From: Ignavibacteriota bacterium
Lineage (GTDB): Bacteria; Bacteroidota; Ignavibacteria; Kapaibacteriales; UBA2268
Reading direction: 5' to 3'
Assembly: GCA_019637995.1 (NCBI GenBank)
Contig: JAHBUQ010000002.1
Location: forward strand, 1,368,423 to 1,432,422
Length of the DNA stretch: 64,000 nt
The position numbers and the translations under genes were made by a program. The stretch's first letter is position 1; each line of letters starts with the position of its first letter. Under the pieces are notes generated by a model, which was not told the DNA's origin, did not search any database, and was given only the letters and a program-made list of their open reading frames with translations. This document shows positions 8,950-18,358 of this stretch, in pieces.

Positions 8950-10416
8950 TTATTTAACTCCTATCCGCTTTAATTCATCTATTAATTTTGGGCTGTCCGG
9001 ATAATCGGCTTTAAAATTTATTATTCTGCCTTCTGTATCAAGAATCATAAAATGAGGCAATGAACCGATTTTTAGATCTTTACATAATGGACTAAAAAAA
9101 TTTCCGGCATATATTAATTGCGTTCCTGTTAAATTGTATTTATTTAAGTTTTTCTTCCATTTATCTAATGTAAGCTTATCAATGGCGATGTTTAATATTT
9201 CGAGATTGGTGTTTTGATATTCAGAAATTAATTTTTTCAGTGCATCAAAATTTTGGTGGCAGGAAGAACACCATGAAGCCCAAAAACTTACATAAATAAA
9301 TTTTCCTTTGTAATCGGAAAAACTGACTTTATTATTTAATGTATCAATGAGTTCATACTCCCCGATTATGTTGTTGGATCTCAATTCTTTTACACGTTCA
9401 ATACTTTCGAGGAGCTTACTTTTGTAATAATCATAAACCAGGTATTCTGTGTATTTTTTGACAAGATTTTCAAACACCAATACATCTTTCATTGAACGTG
9501 AATCTTCAATTTTATCATTCATGTATTTGTATAAAACTCTAGCTCTAAAATTTCCGTTAAATAATTGACTATACTTGTCAAGCTTATAAGTATGAAATTC
9601 AACAAAATCCTTAATCATGAATTCATGATAGAAATGAAATTCAATTATATTCAATAACATATAATGATAATTTAACAATATCCCATGGTCAAACAATCTG
9701 TCATTAATATCAAAATTATTGATTTTTTCATCACACAGCATTTTATCAACAAATCGTCTAATATCTTCATTCAATTGCTCTTTAACTGTATCTTTATTAT
9801 AATAATAAGTATAAAAAATAAATCTTGATAAATTTGAGTATTTTGAATAGGTCAAAGTTCCCAGCATAAATCTTTTATCTTGTTCTGATAGATTTTCATC
9901 GTTTAAAAATTCCTTTTCAAAAATTGAGTAATTATAATTATACACAGAATCTATTCTTTTCAAATGAGAAGTAAGCATACTATATGATTTACTATCTTCA
10001 CCTTTATAACTTACTCTCCAAACAAATTTATTATTAAAATAGTCAAATACTTTATTGCTAGTGAATACTATTGAGTCTGAATATGTATCCTCATTTATAT
10101 TATAAGATATACTTATTACAGCACTATCGGAATTATTCATTAGTAATACAGTTAAATATTCATCATCACTTATGAAAAATTCGTAATACCTCAATCCATC
10201 GGTTTTAATCTCAAAGGTTTGTTCTATAATTCCACTTTTCATGCTAAAGCTATCAATAAAAACTCTTTTGTCTATCAAGTGGTCATAATAGGCTACAGAT
10301 ATGCTAGTGTCAAGTTGTATCGCTGAACTATCAAAAATGAAAGTTATTTTAGCACGATTTTCTGAATATAATAAGCTAACGTTAAGTAGAAAGACTAAAA
10401 TTAATATGTATTTCAT
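8950..10416 (-). CDS. TlpA/ResA-like thiol-disulfide oxidoreductase with large N-terminal domain of unknown function
   Basis: Signal peptide; C-terminal thioredoxin fold with WCSSC active site (FIYVSFWASWCSSCHQNFDAL); N-terminal ~350 aa unrecognised. Confidence 0.65.
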   Translation of the reverse strand: MKYILILVFLLNVSLLYSENRAKITFIFDSSAIQLDTSISVAYYDHLIDKRVFIDSFSMKSGIIEQTFEIKTDGLRYYEFFISDDEYLTVLLMNNSDSAVISISYNINEDTYSDSIVFTSNKVFDYFNNKFVWRVSYKGEDSKSYSMLTSHLKRIDSVYNYNYSIFEKEFLNDENLSEQDKRFMLGTLTYSKYSNLSRFIFYTYYYNKDTVKEQLNEDIRRFVDKMLCDEKINNFDINDRLFDHGILLNYHYMLLNIIEFHFYHEFMIKDFVEFHTYKLDKYSQLFNGNFRARVLYKYMNDKIEDSRSMKDVLVFENLVKKYTEYLVYDYYKSKLLESIERVKELRSNNIIGEYELIDTLNNKVSFSDYKGKFIYVSFWASWCSSCHQNFDALKKLISEYQNTNLEILNIAIDKLTLDKWKKNLNKYNLTGTQLIYAGNFFSPLCKDLKIGSLPHFMILDTEGRIINFKADYPDSPKLIDELKRIGVK

Positions 10417-10501
10417 CGAGAGTACCTTTATTAATTGGCTGTTCCAAATTATTATGAATTCATTATAAATTTGAAACAGCCTGTTTGAAAATCAAGAATT
10501 A

Positions 10502-10999
10502 TTAATATGCTAGAAATCTTTCGACATAGCCCATGCTTCCAGGTGATAACGAACTTTCTGTCGTTTTTTCACAAAAACCTGGTCCTCTTTCACAAGTACA
10601 AGAGTCAATGCTACCATTTTCAAAAGTTGTCTTACACTTGCTACAATTAACTCCTTTACAGTATTCTTTAGTAGCATTCATCTCAAATCGTGACATAAAA
10701 ATATCACCATTACTTTCATACATAGTTGCTATAAAATTAATAGAATTTTCACCATGATATCCAGAAGCAGATAATAAGTAAAAACCATTATTGATTTCAA
10801 TAGAAACTTCTGTGATAATATCACAACCACCAATTTCTTGAATAATGGCTTGTTTCAAATCTTCAATTGAATGAGTAATGACTAAATTTGAACCTTGAAC
10901 TTCGCCTATCTTTTTTGCTGGAATTGTCTGACTAAAGATATTTGAAACTCCTAATATAACAATTAAGAGTATACATATAGTTAATCCATACTTTGACAT
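10502..10999 (-). CDS. secreted cysteine-rich protein (paralog A)
   Basis: Signal peptide; N-terminal KIGEVQG...VITH motif shared with the neighbour gene; C-terminal Cys cluster CKGVNCSKCK...CTCERGPGFCEK. Confidence 0.45.
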   Translation of the reverse strand: MSKYGLTICILLIVILGVSNIFSQTIPAKKIGEVQGSNLVITHSIEDLKQAIIQEIGGCDIITEVSIEINNGFYLLSASGYHGENSINFIATMYESNGDIFMSRFEMNATKEYCKGVNCSKCKTTFENGSIDSCTCERGPGFCEKTTESSLSPGSMGYVERFLAY

Positions 11000-11011
11000 A
11001 ATACTTTCCTC

Positions 11012-11518
11012 CTAATTAATATTTAGATAACGTACAACAACAAGGTTATTAGTCTCTGGATTGTGCAATGTTATTTTATGATTGCAAAATTCATGTGCTC
11101 TCCCAGAATCACAGTCTGCACACCCATCAGGATTTCCATTTCCATCGAAAATTATTGCACAATTAGGACTATTACATCCATCACAACTTTGAGAAACAGT
11201 AACCGCAATAGCACTTATTTGCAATTCTTGTGTTGTAGCATCAAGTTCAAGTTTTACAGCAATTTTATAGCTTGTTAGAGGGTTTTGATTTCCGGCTGCA
11301 AGCCAGTAGTTACCATCCATAGTTGTTAAAATTCTTGCGTAAGTAAAAGTCGTACTTTGATTAATGTCATATTCTTTTTGAAGAGCCTGTATTAAATCCT
11401 GCTCATTGTGTGTAACTACTCCAACTCCATTCACAACTTCGCCAATTTTTACTTGTGCAAATCCATTAAGCGTTAAACATAAACATGTAAATAGTATAGA
11501 TATCATAATCTTTTTCAT
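11012..11518 (-). CDS. secreted cysteine-rich protein (paralog B)
   Basis: Signal peptide; KIGEVVNGVGVVTH motif; C-terminal Cys cluster SCDGCNSPNCA...GCADCDSG...EFCNH; 12-nt gap to paralog A. Confidence 0.45.
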   Translation of the reverse strand: MKKIMISILFTCLCLTLNGFAQVKIGEVVNGVGVVTHNEQDLIQALQKEYDINQSTTFTYARILTTMDGNYWLAAGNQNPLTSYKIAVKLELDATTQELQISAIAVTVSQSCDGCNSPNCAIIFDGNGNPDGCADCDSGRAHEFCNHKITLHNPETNNLVVVRYLNIN

Positions 11519-11644
11519 TTTTAAAACTCCGAAATTTGTAAAAAAAAATAAATAATTTGTTTATCTCGAAGAATTTTACTATTTTTGAACATCGAATTTG
11601 TTCAATAGCAAAATTCGTAGCAATACGGATTTCAAAAATTGAGA

Positions 11645-11682
11645 AACCGAAGTATAATCCGAAATTTGCTTCGGTTTTTTTA
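11645..11682. terminator. hairpin + T7 run (aaaccgaag...cttcggtttttttt)
   Basis: 9-bp inverted repeat followed by TTTTTTT; lies between TonB-receptor 3' end and Cys-rich gene 5' end. Confidence 0.4.
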
Positions 11683-12002
11683 TTCAAACAATCATAAAAT
11701 TTTTGCCCTCCTACGGCATCAACTTGTTAGTGTCTTATCTTTAAATGTTATGAAAACAGAATTTGTTATCTTTTAAATAAAATTTATTTTTATCAAATTA
11801 TTTAATTCTACAAACAATTTTGTATAAGGCTCAAATTAACATTTTCGAAAAATAAAATTTCAAATGAATTGTGTTGGTCAATTTTAAAAAGTAAATATTA
11901 ATGTCTGAGCAGAGCCGAAAGAACTATAATATCCTATAAGAATTCTACCCCACTCAGACTTAATCAACATAATTTACGATATTATTATGCAGTCCCGGAC
12001 TT

Positions 12003-14018
12003 CTACATACTTATACCAATGCCGGCAGAGAGCATCCTTCCCGGTTCAGGAAGCCCAAGCTGAGAAAGTCTGTAAGTATCCATCAGATTATTACCTCTTA
12101 CAAAAACTTCGTAAACTACACCTTGCACAACCGGCAATTTATATGCTAAACGCAGATTAAAAATAGCAGTACCGTCAATTTTTAGAAATTTTGATTGGTC
12201 ATCAGGATTTCTCTCATACTGAGTTCCAACACCTTCAACTTCTGCCTGAACATTTAATCCAAAATTAAACATATAATTTGCAATAAATCCAAGCAAAAAT
12301 TCAGGGCGATTATCAATGTAATCCACTTTATTACCGTCCTGCTCACCGCTTGTATTCATATATGTAAAATTTGTTTCGATTGTAGTGTTGCGCATTGGTC
12401 TTGCCCTGAAAGTAAAATCTGCTCCTATGATAGTTGCTTTTGCAAAATTCACTCTCATTCTTCTTCTGAGCGGATCTTCAGAGGCAGGAAGCCTTATCTG
12501 GTCTATCAAATTATCATAATAATTAGCAAATATAGTAAGCTCGAATTGCATATCAGTAAAAGATTGATTAATTCCAACTTCAGTTAGAATTCCGGTTTCA
12601 GGTTTCAAATCAGGATTGACAATAAACCTGTCAAGTGCACCGCTAAATGCTTCTCTCATCGTCGGGAACCTTGTTCGCCTCGATAGATTGGCAAAAGCAA
12701 CCAAGTCTTCAGTCAGTAAATATTTAACACCGGCAAATACTCCATAATCACTGAAAGTTTTGCCTCTGGCATCTTCAAATACTCCGGCATCACCAGTTGA
12801 GATATAGTCAAAAACAGCACCTGTTCTTAAGCTGAATAAATCAGTACTTAGATTGTAGCTCAGCCCGTTTGATACAATATTTTGCGAAAAAAGTGATTCC
12901 GGTGTTTCGTTTATTTGTTCACTATGATTTGTCTTGTACCAGTTTGCAGAGTAGCTGAGATTTTGATTGTCTGCAAAATTCCAAACAAGAGCAAGTCGTG
13001 CACCACCCGTTCTGTCTTTATCACTTTGATTGGCTGTGATATTGTTATAAAACATATCGCCGTAAGTATCAGTTTTTTGGTTAAAAATATCATACCAAAA
13101 TGTACTTCTCAGTACAAGTTTATTATTGCCTGTGATATCAAAGAACCCGTTTGATGCAATGATAGTTCTTTCCCATTCGGGAAAACGCCAGAATCTCGCA
13201 GCAAACGGCTCTATATGAGTTTCAGCTCCAACTCCCTTCTCACCTGTAATGTGCAATACCGATAAACCAAGTTTAGCCGATTCGTTTAGATAATATTCAC
13301 CTCTTGCATAGAAACTTGAGAACTCGCGGTCAGTATTATTTCTTAGCGAAGAGTTCAAATCCTGATTCTGCATATCGTCAGTTCTGTTGGCAGATAAAGG
13401 AATTCCATCCTGCTTAGTATTGCTGAAGCTTGCAATATAGTTGAATCTATCAAATCTGCCGTCGTGTGTGGCGCTTGCCTGCATTAAGCCGGTTTCACCG
13501 AATTGTATACGTGCATTTCCGCCAAACCCTTCAGTTAGTCTTTCTATTGTGCTAATATTTACAGCGCCGCCAAGTACATTAGGACCAAACATTATGGAAT
13601 TGGCATTTTTGTTGACATCCATTCTGCCGATAATATCAACAGGAAGCATACTTAAATCAAAACGGTTATCCCATGCAACATTAAGCGGTACACCATCAAA
13701 GAACAGTCCAAGCTGACGCTCTCCTGCACCCCGAAGGAAAAGCATAGATTCACCCCTTGAATTCGTTCTTACACGCCCTGAGGGGATAAAAAGCTGAAGC
13801 TCTGATGCCGAGCGTACATCCGACCGCTGTAAAATATGATAATTTACTGTATTAATATTTGATTTTGCAATTTTATCCTTAGCCAAAACATCTGTAACGC
13901 TGATATCACCCAGCTTATATACTCTTATACTGTCATCTTTTGTCTGGCTTTGGGAAATTGTCACCAATAAAAATGTTATTAGAATTATAAATATATATTT
14001 TTTCATTGTATTTTTCAT
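12003..14018 (-). CDS. TonB-dependent outer-membrane receptor
   Basis: Signal peptide; plug-domain motifs (MLFLRGAGERQLGLFFDGVPLN...); ~670 aa barrel-sized protein. Confidence 0.8.
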   Translation of the reverse strand: MKNTMKKYIFIILITFLLVTISQSQTKDDSIRVYKLGDISVTDVLAKDKIAKSNINTVNYHILQRSDVRSASELQLFIPSGRVRTNSRGESMLFLRGAGERQLGLFFDGVPLNVAWDNRFDLSMLPVDIIGRMDVNKNANSIMFGPNVLGGAVNISTIERLTEGFGGNARIQFGETGLMQASATHDGRFDRFNYIASFSNTKQDGIPLSANRTDDMQNQDLNSSLRNNTDREFSSFYARGEYYLNESAKLGLSVLHITGEKGVGAETHIEPFAARFWRFPEWERTIIASNGFFDITGNNKLVLRSTFWYDIFNQKTDTYGDMFYNNITANQSDKDRTGGARLALVWNFADNQNLSYSANWYKTNHSEQINETPESLFSQNIVSNGLSYNLSTDLFSLRTGAVFDYISTGDAGVFEDARGKTFSDYGVFAGVKYLLTEDLVAFANLSRRTRFPTMREAFSGALDRFIVNPDLKPETGILTEVGINQSFTDMQFELTIFANYYDNLIDQIRLPASEDPLRRRMRVNFAKATIIGADFTFRARPMRNTTIETNFTYMNTSGEQDGNKVDYIDNRPEFLLGFIANYMFNFGLNVQAEVEGVGTQYERNPDDQSKFLKIDGTAIFNLRLAYKLPVVQGVVYEVFVRGNNLMDTYRLSQLGLPEPGRMLSAGIGISM

Positions 14019-14129
14019 TATTAAATTAAAAAATAATCATACTATTTCTCATCAATGATTAATAGAAATAGTAAAAGTTCAGTTCAGTCGCCATTTTGCA
14101 AAATTTATGAACTGTAAATAAGATATTAT

Positions 14130-14630
14130 TTAATAAATTGGTTTGGTTTTTGGTGGAGGTAGAATAATATCAATTGGACGTAAAATAATATCATAAATGT
14201 TTTGGTGAAATAAGATTCTATTTTCATTTGCTGACAAATTAAAATTAAAAATATTTAGTACAGAATCAAACACAAAAATTTTAATTAGTTTCATAAGACC
14301 GGAATATGGCGAGCCCTTCAATCCTGAAACAAATGATGCTACTAATTCTTCTTCTTTCACATCATTGATAACTGTAAAGATAAAGGAATTATCAGTTTCG
14401 ATAGTTTCGTAGCCGGCAATTAAATCGTACATTCCACCACGATATCTGAATTCTTTGGAATGAATCCATTTGAAGATAGATTGATTGTTGACTTCAGATT
14501 TTAGTATTTCAAGCACTTCAATATCTGCAGGGTTAATATCTCTTTTAATTAACCTCTTCATTTCTTTGTGGATTTTGCGCTTGTTAATTATGAAAGAGAA
14601 GTTTGGAGCAGACATATCAAAAAGCAGCAT
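14130..14630 (-). CDS. hypothetical protein
   Basis: 166-aa ORF, no recognisable domain; upstream of the large sensor kinase on the same strand. Confidence 0.35.
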   Translation of the reverse strand: MLLFDMSAPNFSFIINKRKIHKEMKRLIKRDINPADIEVLEILKSEVNNQSIFKWIHSKEFRYRGGMYDLIAGYETIETDNSFIFTVINDVKEEELVASFVSGLKGSPYSGLMKLIKIFVFDSVLNIFNFNLSANENRILFHQNIYDIILRPIDIILPPPKTKPIY

Positions 14631-14827
14631 TATAAGTATAAATGCCGTGAATACTTTTGCTGCAATATGTCTAAATTCAATAATAAATTTTTAAAAGTTA
14701 ATTCAAAAAAAAGTATAGACACATCAACAATCAATTTAGTTACAAAATTGTTTGTAATTGTAAAGAAAGTTGATTAAAATACGAAGTCATCTAATAGCTT
14801 TAGCTCGGGCTGACAAGAATTAGAAAA

Positions 14828-17800
14828 TTAGGATTTTGCTGCTGATGCTGCAAATTTTAAAGATATGTTATCATGAAAAGTGGTTTCTAAATCATCTAAC
14901 ATTATTTTACAATAATCAATTGATTTGATAATTGCATTAACACTATCTTCAATTGTATCTATGTCGAGTTTCTTTGAAGATTCAATTATCTTGACCGACA
15001 AGTCTGAAAATGCTTCTATACCGTAATTATCAGCAAGTGAATTAAATTCTGAAATCACAGAAGTTATATAATCAGAATCAAAAAATTCAGGTAATCCTAA
15101 AATTCTTTTGCGCAAACTTCGCTTATAGTCTTCTATAAATTTTATCAATAAATCGTAATCTATTGATTCAACCAAATTTTTCGCAATCAATATGTTGACA
15201 TCAGTATCACTGAGTTCGTTACTGATAACATGCTTGCTATGTGGCAGGAAATGAGCTAAACACTTAAGAAGTTCATCTTTTGAAACAGGTTTATTCAAAA
15301 TATAATCAAATGAAGTTTTAAAATTATTATCGGCAACTACGACAGGTGATTTAGTTATTGCAACAACAGGAATTGAATTGTATGAATTGTTGCTTCTAAT
15401 TAATTTCAAGTTTTCATATCTATCATGCTCAGTTATTCCGGTATCCATCAATACCAAATCAATCTTTGATTCTGTAATAAATTCAATAACTTCGCTTAGC
15501 TTGCAAGTCTCAACTACATCAATACCATAAGACTGCATATATGATTTAATAAGCTCACGGTTCTGCACAACATCATCAACTATGAGAATTGCACAATCAT
15601 CAAATTCATATTGATATTTAATTGAACTATTTGAATATGCAAGATTTTCGTTAGAAACCTTGATTTTCTTGAAATCAAGTTGGAACTTAGTACAATTCTC
15701 TGGTGTGTTTTCAATGTGTATTTTACCACCTAACAAATCAACAAGTCTTTTTGTGATGACAAGCCCTAATCCTGTTCTATCAAAATTGAAGTCATTTCGG
15801 CTGTCAATCTGTGTGTCAACCTGTCTGAATGAGTTGAAAATCACACCATTTGAATTCCTATCTTTACCTTCCCCGGTATATTTAATTGTAAATGAAGCAT
15901 CTATAATACTATGTCCAAGCCCGTAAGTAATATCCGCAAAAATATCAATATTCCCTGAATCAGAAAAATTTATGGCATTCCCGACGATATTTAGCAGAAT
16001 TTGCTTTAGCCGTTCATCATCAAACAAAATTACTTCAGGAAACCCTTCCTGAACCTGAATATTTAATGTAATATTTTTTCTATTAGTCTTTTGCGAAACT
16101 ATTTGTTTTATCTCATCAAGCAATAATCTCACAGACATCGGGTTGGGTTTTACAGCCAGAATTCCTGTTTCAATTTCGGATAAATCCGAAATATCATTAA
16201 TCAAAGATATTATACTTTTAGAATTTTTATTTATAGTATCTGCATATTTTGAGATATTTTCATCAGAATTAATCAATAGCAGCATCTCTGAATATTCCGA
16301 AATTGTTTTCATCGGCTTGAGGATTTCATTGCTCAAACTTGCAAGGAGTTCCGATTTGGCTTTGTTGTCATTTTCTGCAATATTCTTTTGTCTTATTAAT
16401 TCCTTCTCGTATTCATTTCGTATAATACATCCGGCAAAAATATCTCCTGTAAGTTTGAGAAGAGTTATAGTTTCATCATCCCAGTTCTTAAAAGATCTGA
16501 CGGAATCAAAACCGATAAATCCGATTACATTGTCATTGTAATTCATAGGTGATGCAATAAGCGATCTGATTCCACGAGTTTCTAACATCTCCTTTTCGAC
16601 TGAATACTCTTTGCTTATACTAAGTACAGAAGGTATATAAACATACTCATTATTGTTGAATTTTTCTATCCATTGAGGAATTAAATCAAGAGAAATTCCC
16701 TGTAGGTTTTTCATTTCAGGAGCAACTCCATGAGCACACCATTCATAAATATTATCGCAGGTATAATCTTCATCATTGAATTTAAATATATATACTCTGT
16801 CAACCTTATTAAATATTCCCAATTGAGCAAGAGACATATTAATAATTTTGCCTGTATCAGACTGGCTGGACTGGGAAAGGTCCGAAGAAATGCCATTAAT
16901 TAAAATGTGCAACGAATTAAGATCTTCAAGTTTATTTTCAGCAGCTTTTTGCTTATCAATATTCCGTATCAAAGCTATAACCTGATTATCATCAAGACGG
17001 CTGATTCTCGCTTCAAAGTATTTTACAATATGATTTGATGCAAAATTGTACTCAAAGGAAATCATTTTTCCTTTTTTTAAAGCCTTATAAATATTTGCTT
17101 TAAACTCATCAGCCAATTCTACAGGGAAAAGCTCTGACAAATTTCTGTTTATAAAATCTTCAGGCTCAAATAATAATTTTGTTTTATCGGCAATATTATA
17201 ATCACTAATTACTCCGGATTTATGGATTATTAAAAATAAATCGGGTATAGCTTTAAGTAAAGCTGAATTTCTATCCTGAATCTCTTTCAGACGGCTGAGA
17301 GTTTGGTTTTTCTCATTTAAATCTTTAAGAATTCCGGCAATACCGATGAAATTATTTTTACTGTCAAAGATAGAATATGTTATAATTTCTATATATGACA
17401 ATATTCCTGTGCGGCTAATTATTCTGGAATCAAACTTACACGTACTAATAATACCTTCATTTAACTCATTAAATCTTTCAATGCTGACTTTCCTGTCATC
17501 CGGAAATATAAAATCAAGAAAAAATTCACCCAATGATTCTTGTACGCTGTATCCGGAAATTTTTTCCCATGCTGGATTTAGATATACCCACCTTCCATCT
17601 GCATCTGTCCTGAAAATTACATCCTTAGTATTATTAAGAATAAAACCATAACTTAAGTTGCTATCATTTGAAATATTTACTACATCCGAAGAATTCAAAT
17701 CATCGGCTAATAGAGCTATTCCATTAATAACTTGTAGATTACTTTCCTCAGTCAGATATAATTTTTCTATAAGTGTGTTCAGTGAACCATCAGGTAAAAC

Positions 17801-18172
17801 AACACGCCTTTTAAGTTGAACTTGACCGTTTGTCTTAAGTAAATTGAATATATGATTTTGATATTCGTAATCTTCAAAGAAAACAATTTCTTTCCATAAA
17901 TCAGGGTTTTCTGAAAAATCTTCAGGAGCTCTGCCATAAATGAATTTGGTTGAATTACTAATGCTTATTAAACTAAAATCATCTGCCCGCAATTTAAAAA
18001 AAACTTCTTCGTGAAATGGGCTAATATTTATTAAATTTTTGTTAATTACAATTTTGTTTACAGACTTTTCTTTTATCCTCTGTCCGATCAAAGTATCCGA
18101 ATGCAATAAGATATTCTGACTGTATAAGTCATCGGGGTATATCGTTATATTCGGTCTTGGTATCATTATCAA
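14828..18172 (-). CDS. multidomain hybrid sensor kinase-like protein (PAS/GAF sensor region, HisKA, HATPase_c, REC, C-terminal domain) with degenerate H-box
   Basis: HisKA region LASLSNEILKPMKTISEYSEML aligns to canonical SHELRTPL with His->Asn. HATPase N-box (LLNIVGNAINFS) and G2 box (GTGLGLVITKRLVDLLGG) present, but G1 box reads YTGEG not DxGxG. REC domain with LVLMD aspartate. Confidence 0.75.
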   Translation of the reverse strand: MIMIPRPNITIYPDDLYSQNILLHSDTLIGQRIKEKSVNKIVINKNLINISPFHEEVFFKLRADDFSLISISNSTKFIYGRAPEDFSENPDLWKEIVFFEDYEYQNHIFNLLKTNGQVQLKRRVVLPDGSLNTLIEKLYLTEESNLQVINGIALLADDLNSSDVVNISNDSNLSYGFILNNTKDVIFRTDADGRWVYLNPAWEKISGYSVQESLGEFFLDFIFPDDRKVSIERFNELNEGIISTCKFDSRIISRTGILSYIEIITYSIFDSKNNFIGIAGILKDLNEKNQTLSRLKEIQDRNSALLKAIPDLFLIIHKSGVISDYNIADKTKLLFEPEDFINRNLSELFPVELADEFKANIYKALKKGKMISFEYNFASNHIVKYFEARISRLDDNQVIALIRNIDKQKAAENKLEDLNSLHILINGISSDLSQSSQSDTGKIINMSLAQLGIFNKVDRVYIFKFNDEDYTCDNIYEWCAHGVAPEMKNLQGISLDLIPQWIEKFNNNEYVYIPSVLSISKEYSVEKEMLETRGIRSLIASPMNYNDNVIGFIGFDSVRSFKNWDDETITLLKLTGDIFAGCIIRNEYEKELIRQKNIAENDNKAKSELLASLSNEILKPMKTISEYSEMLLLINSDENISKYADTINKNSKSIISLINDISDLSEIETGILAVKPNPMSVRLLLDEIKQIVSQKTNRKNITLNIQVQEGFPEVILFDDERLKQILLNIVGNAINFSDSGNIDIFADITYGLGHSIIDASFTIKYTGEGKDRNSNGVIFNSFRQVDTQIDSRNDFNFDRTGLGLVITKRLVDLLGGKIHIENTPENCTKFQLDFKKIKVSNENLAYSNSSIKYQYEFDDCAILIVDDVVQNRELIKSYMQSYGIDVVETCKLSEVIEFITESKIDLVLMDTGITEHDRYENLKLIRSNNSYNSIPVVAITKSPVVVADNNFKTSFDYILNKPVSKDELLKCLAHFLPHSKHVISNELSDTDVNILIAKNLVESIDYDLLIKFIEDYKRSLRKRILGLPEFFDSDYITSVISEFNSLADNYGIEAFSDLSVKIIESSKKLDIDTIEDSVNAIIKSIDYCKIMLDDLETTFHDNISLKFAASAAKS

Positions 18173-18358
18173 TTTTATAAAATATAAATATTCATACTAC
18201 AAAAATAATAAATCATATTACTAAAAAGTATAAGTAAAAATACTGAAAGTGCTTATATTTATTTCTTTAACTTTCCCATTTTTTAAAAAACTTATATATT
18301 TGTTATAATCGTCTATTAAAAGTTGAACATTTTTATTTATATTTAGACCTCTGATTTT

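Noticed and set aside
11900-11960. 7-bp inverted repeat (gtctgag...ctcagac) just downstream of the TonB-receptor stop, considered as its terminator
   Set aside because: ~45-nt loop and no adjacent T-run; too weak to call.
14019-14129. Looked for a cobalamin or other riboswitch upstream of the TonB-dependent receptor
   Set aside because: No B12-box-like or other conserved riboswitch core was recognisable by eye; cannot be excluded without a covariance-model scan (Infernal/Rfam).
16143-16541. Antisense ORFs inside large genes (e.g. 16143..16541, 15660..15926, 12915..13154, 13441..13716, 45889..46071, 46165..46503, 62226..62462)
   Set aside because: They lie entirely within long, motif-supported genes on the opposite strand and are low-complexity; almost certainly shadow ORFs of AT-rich DNA.
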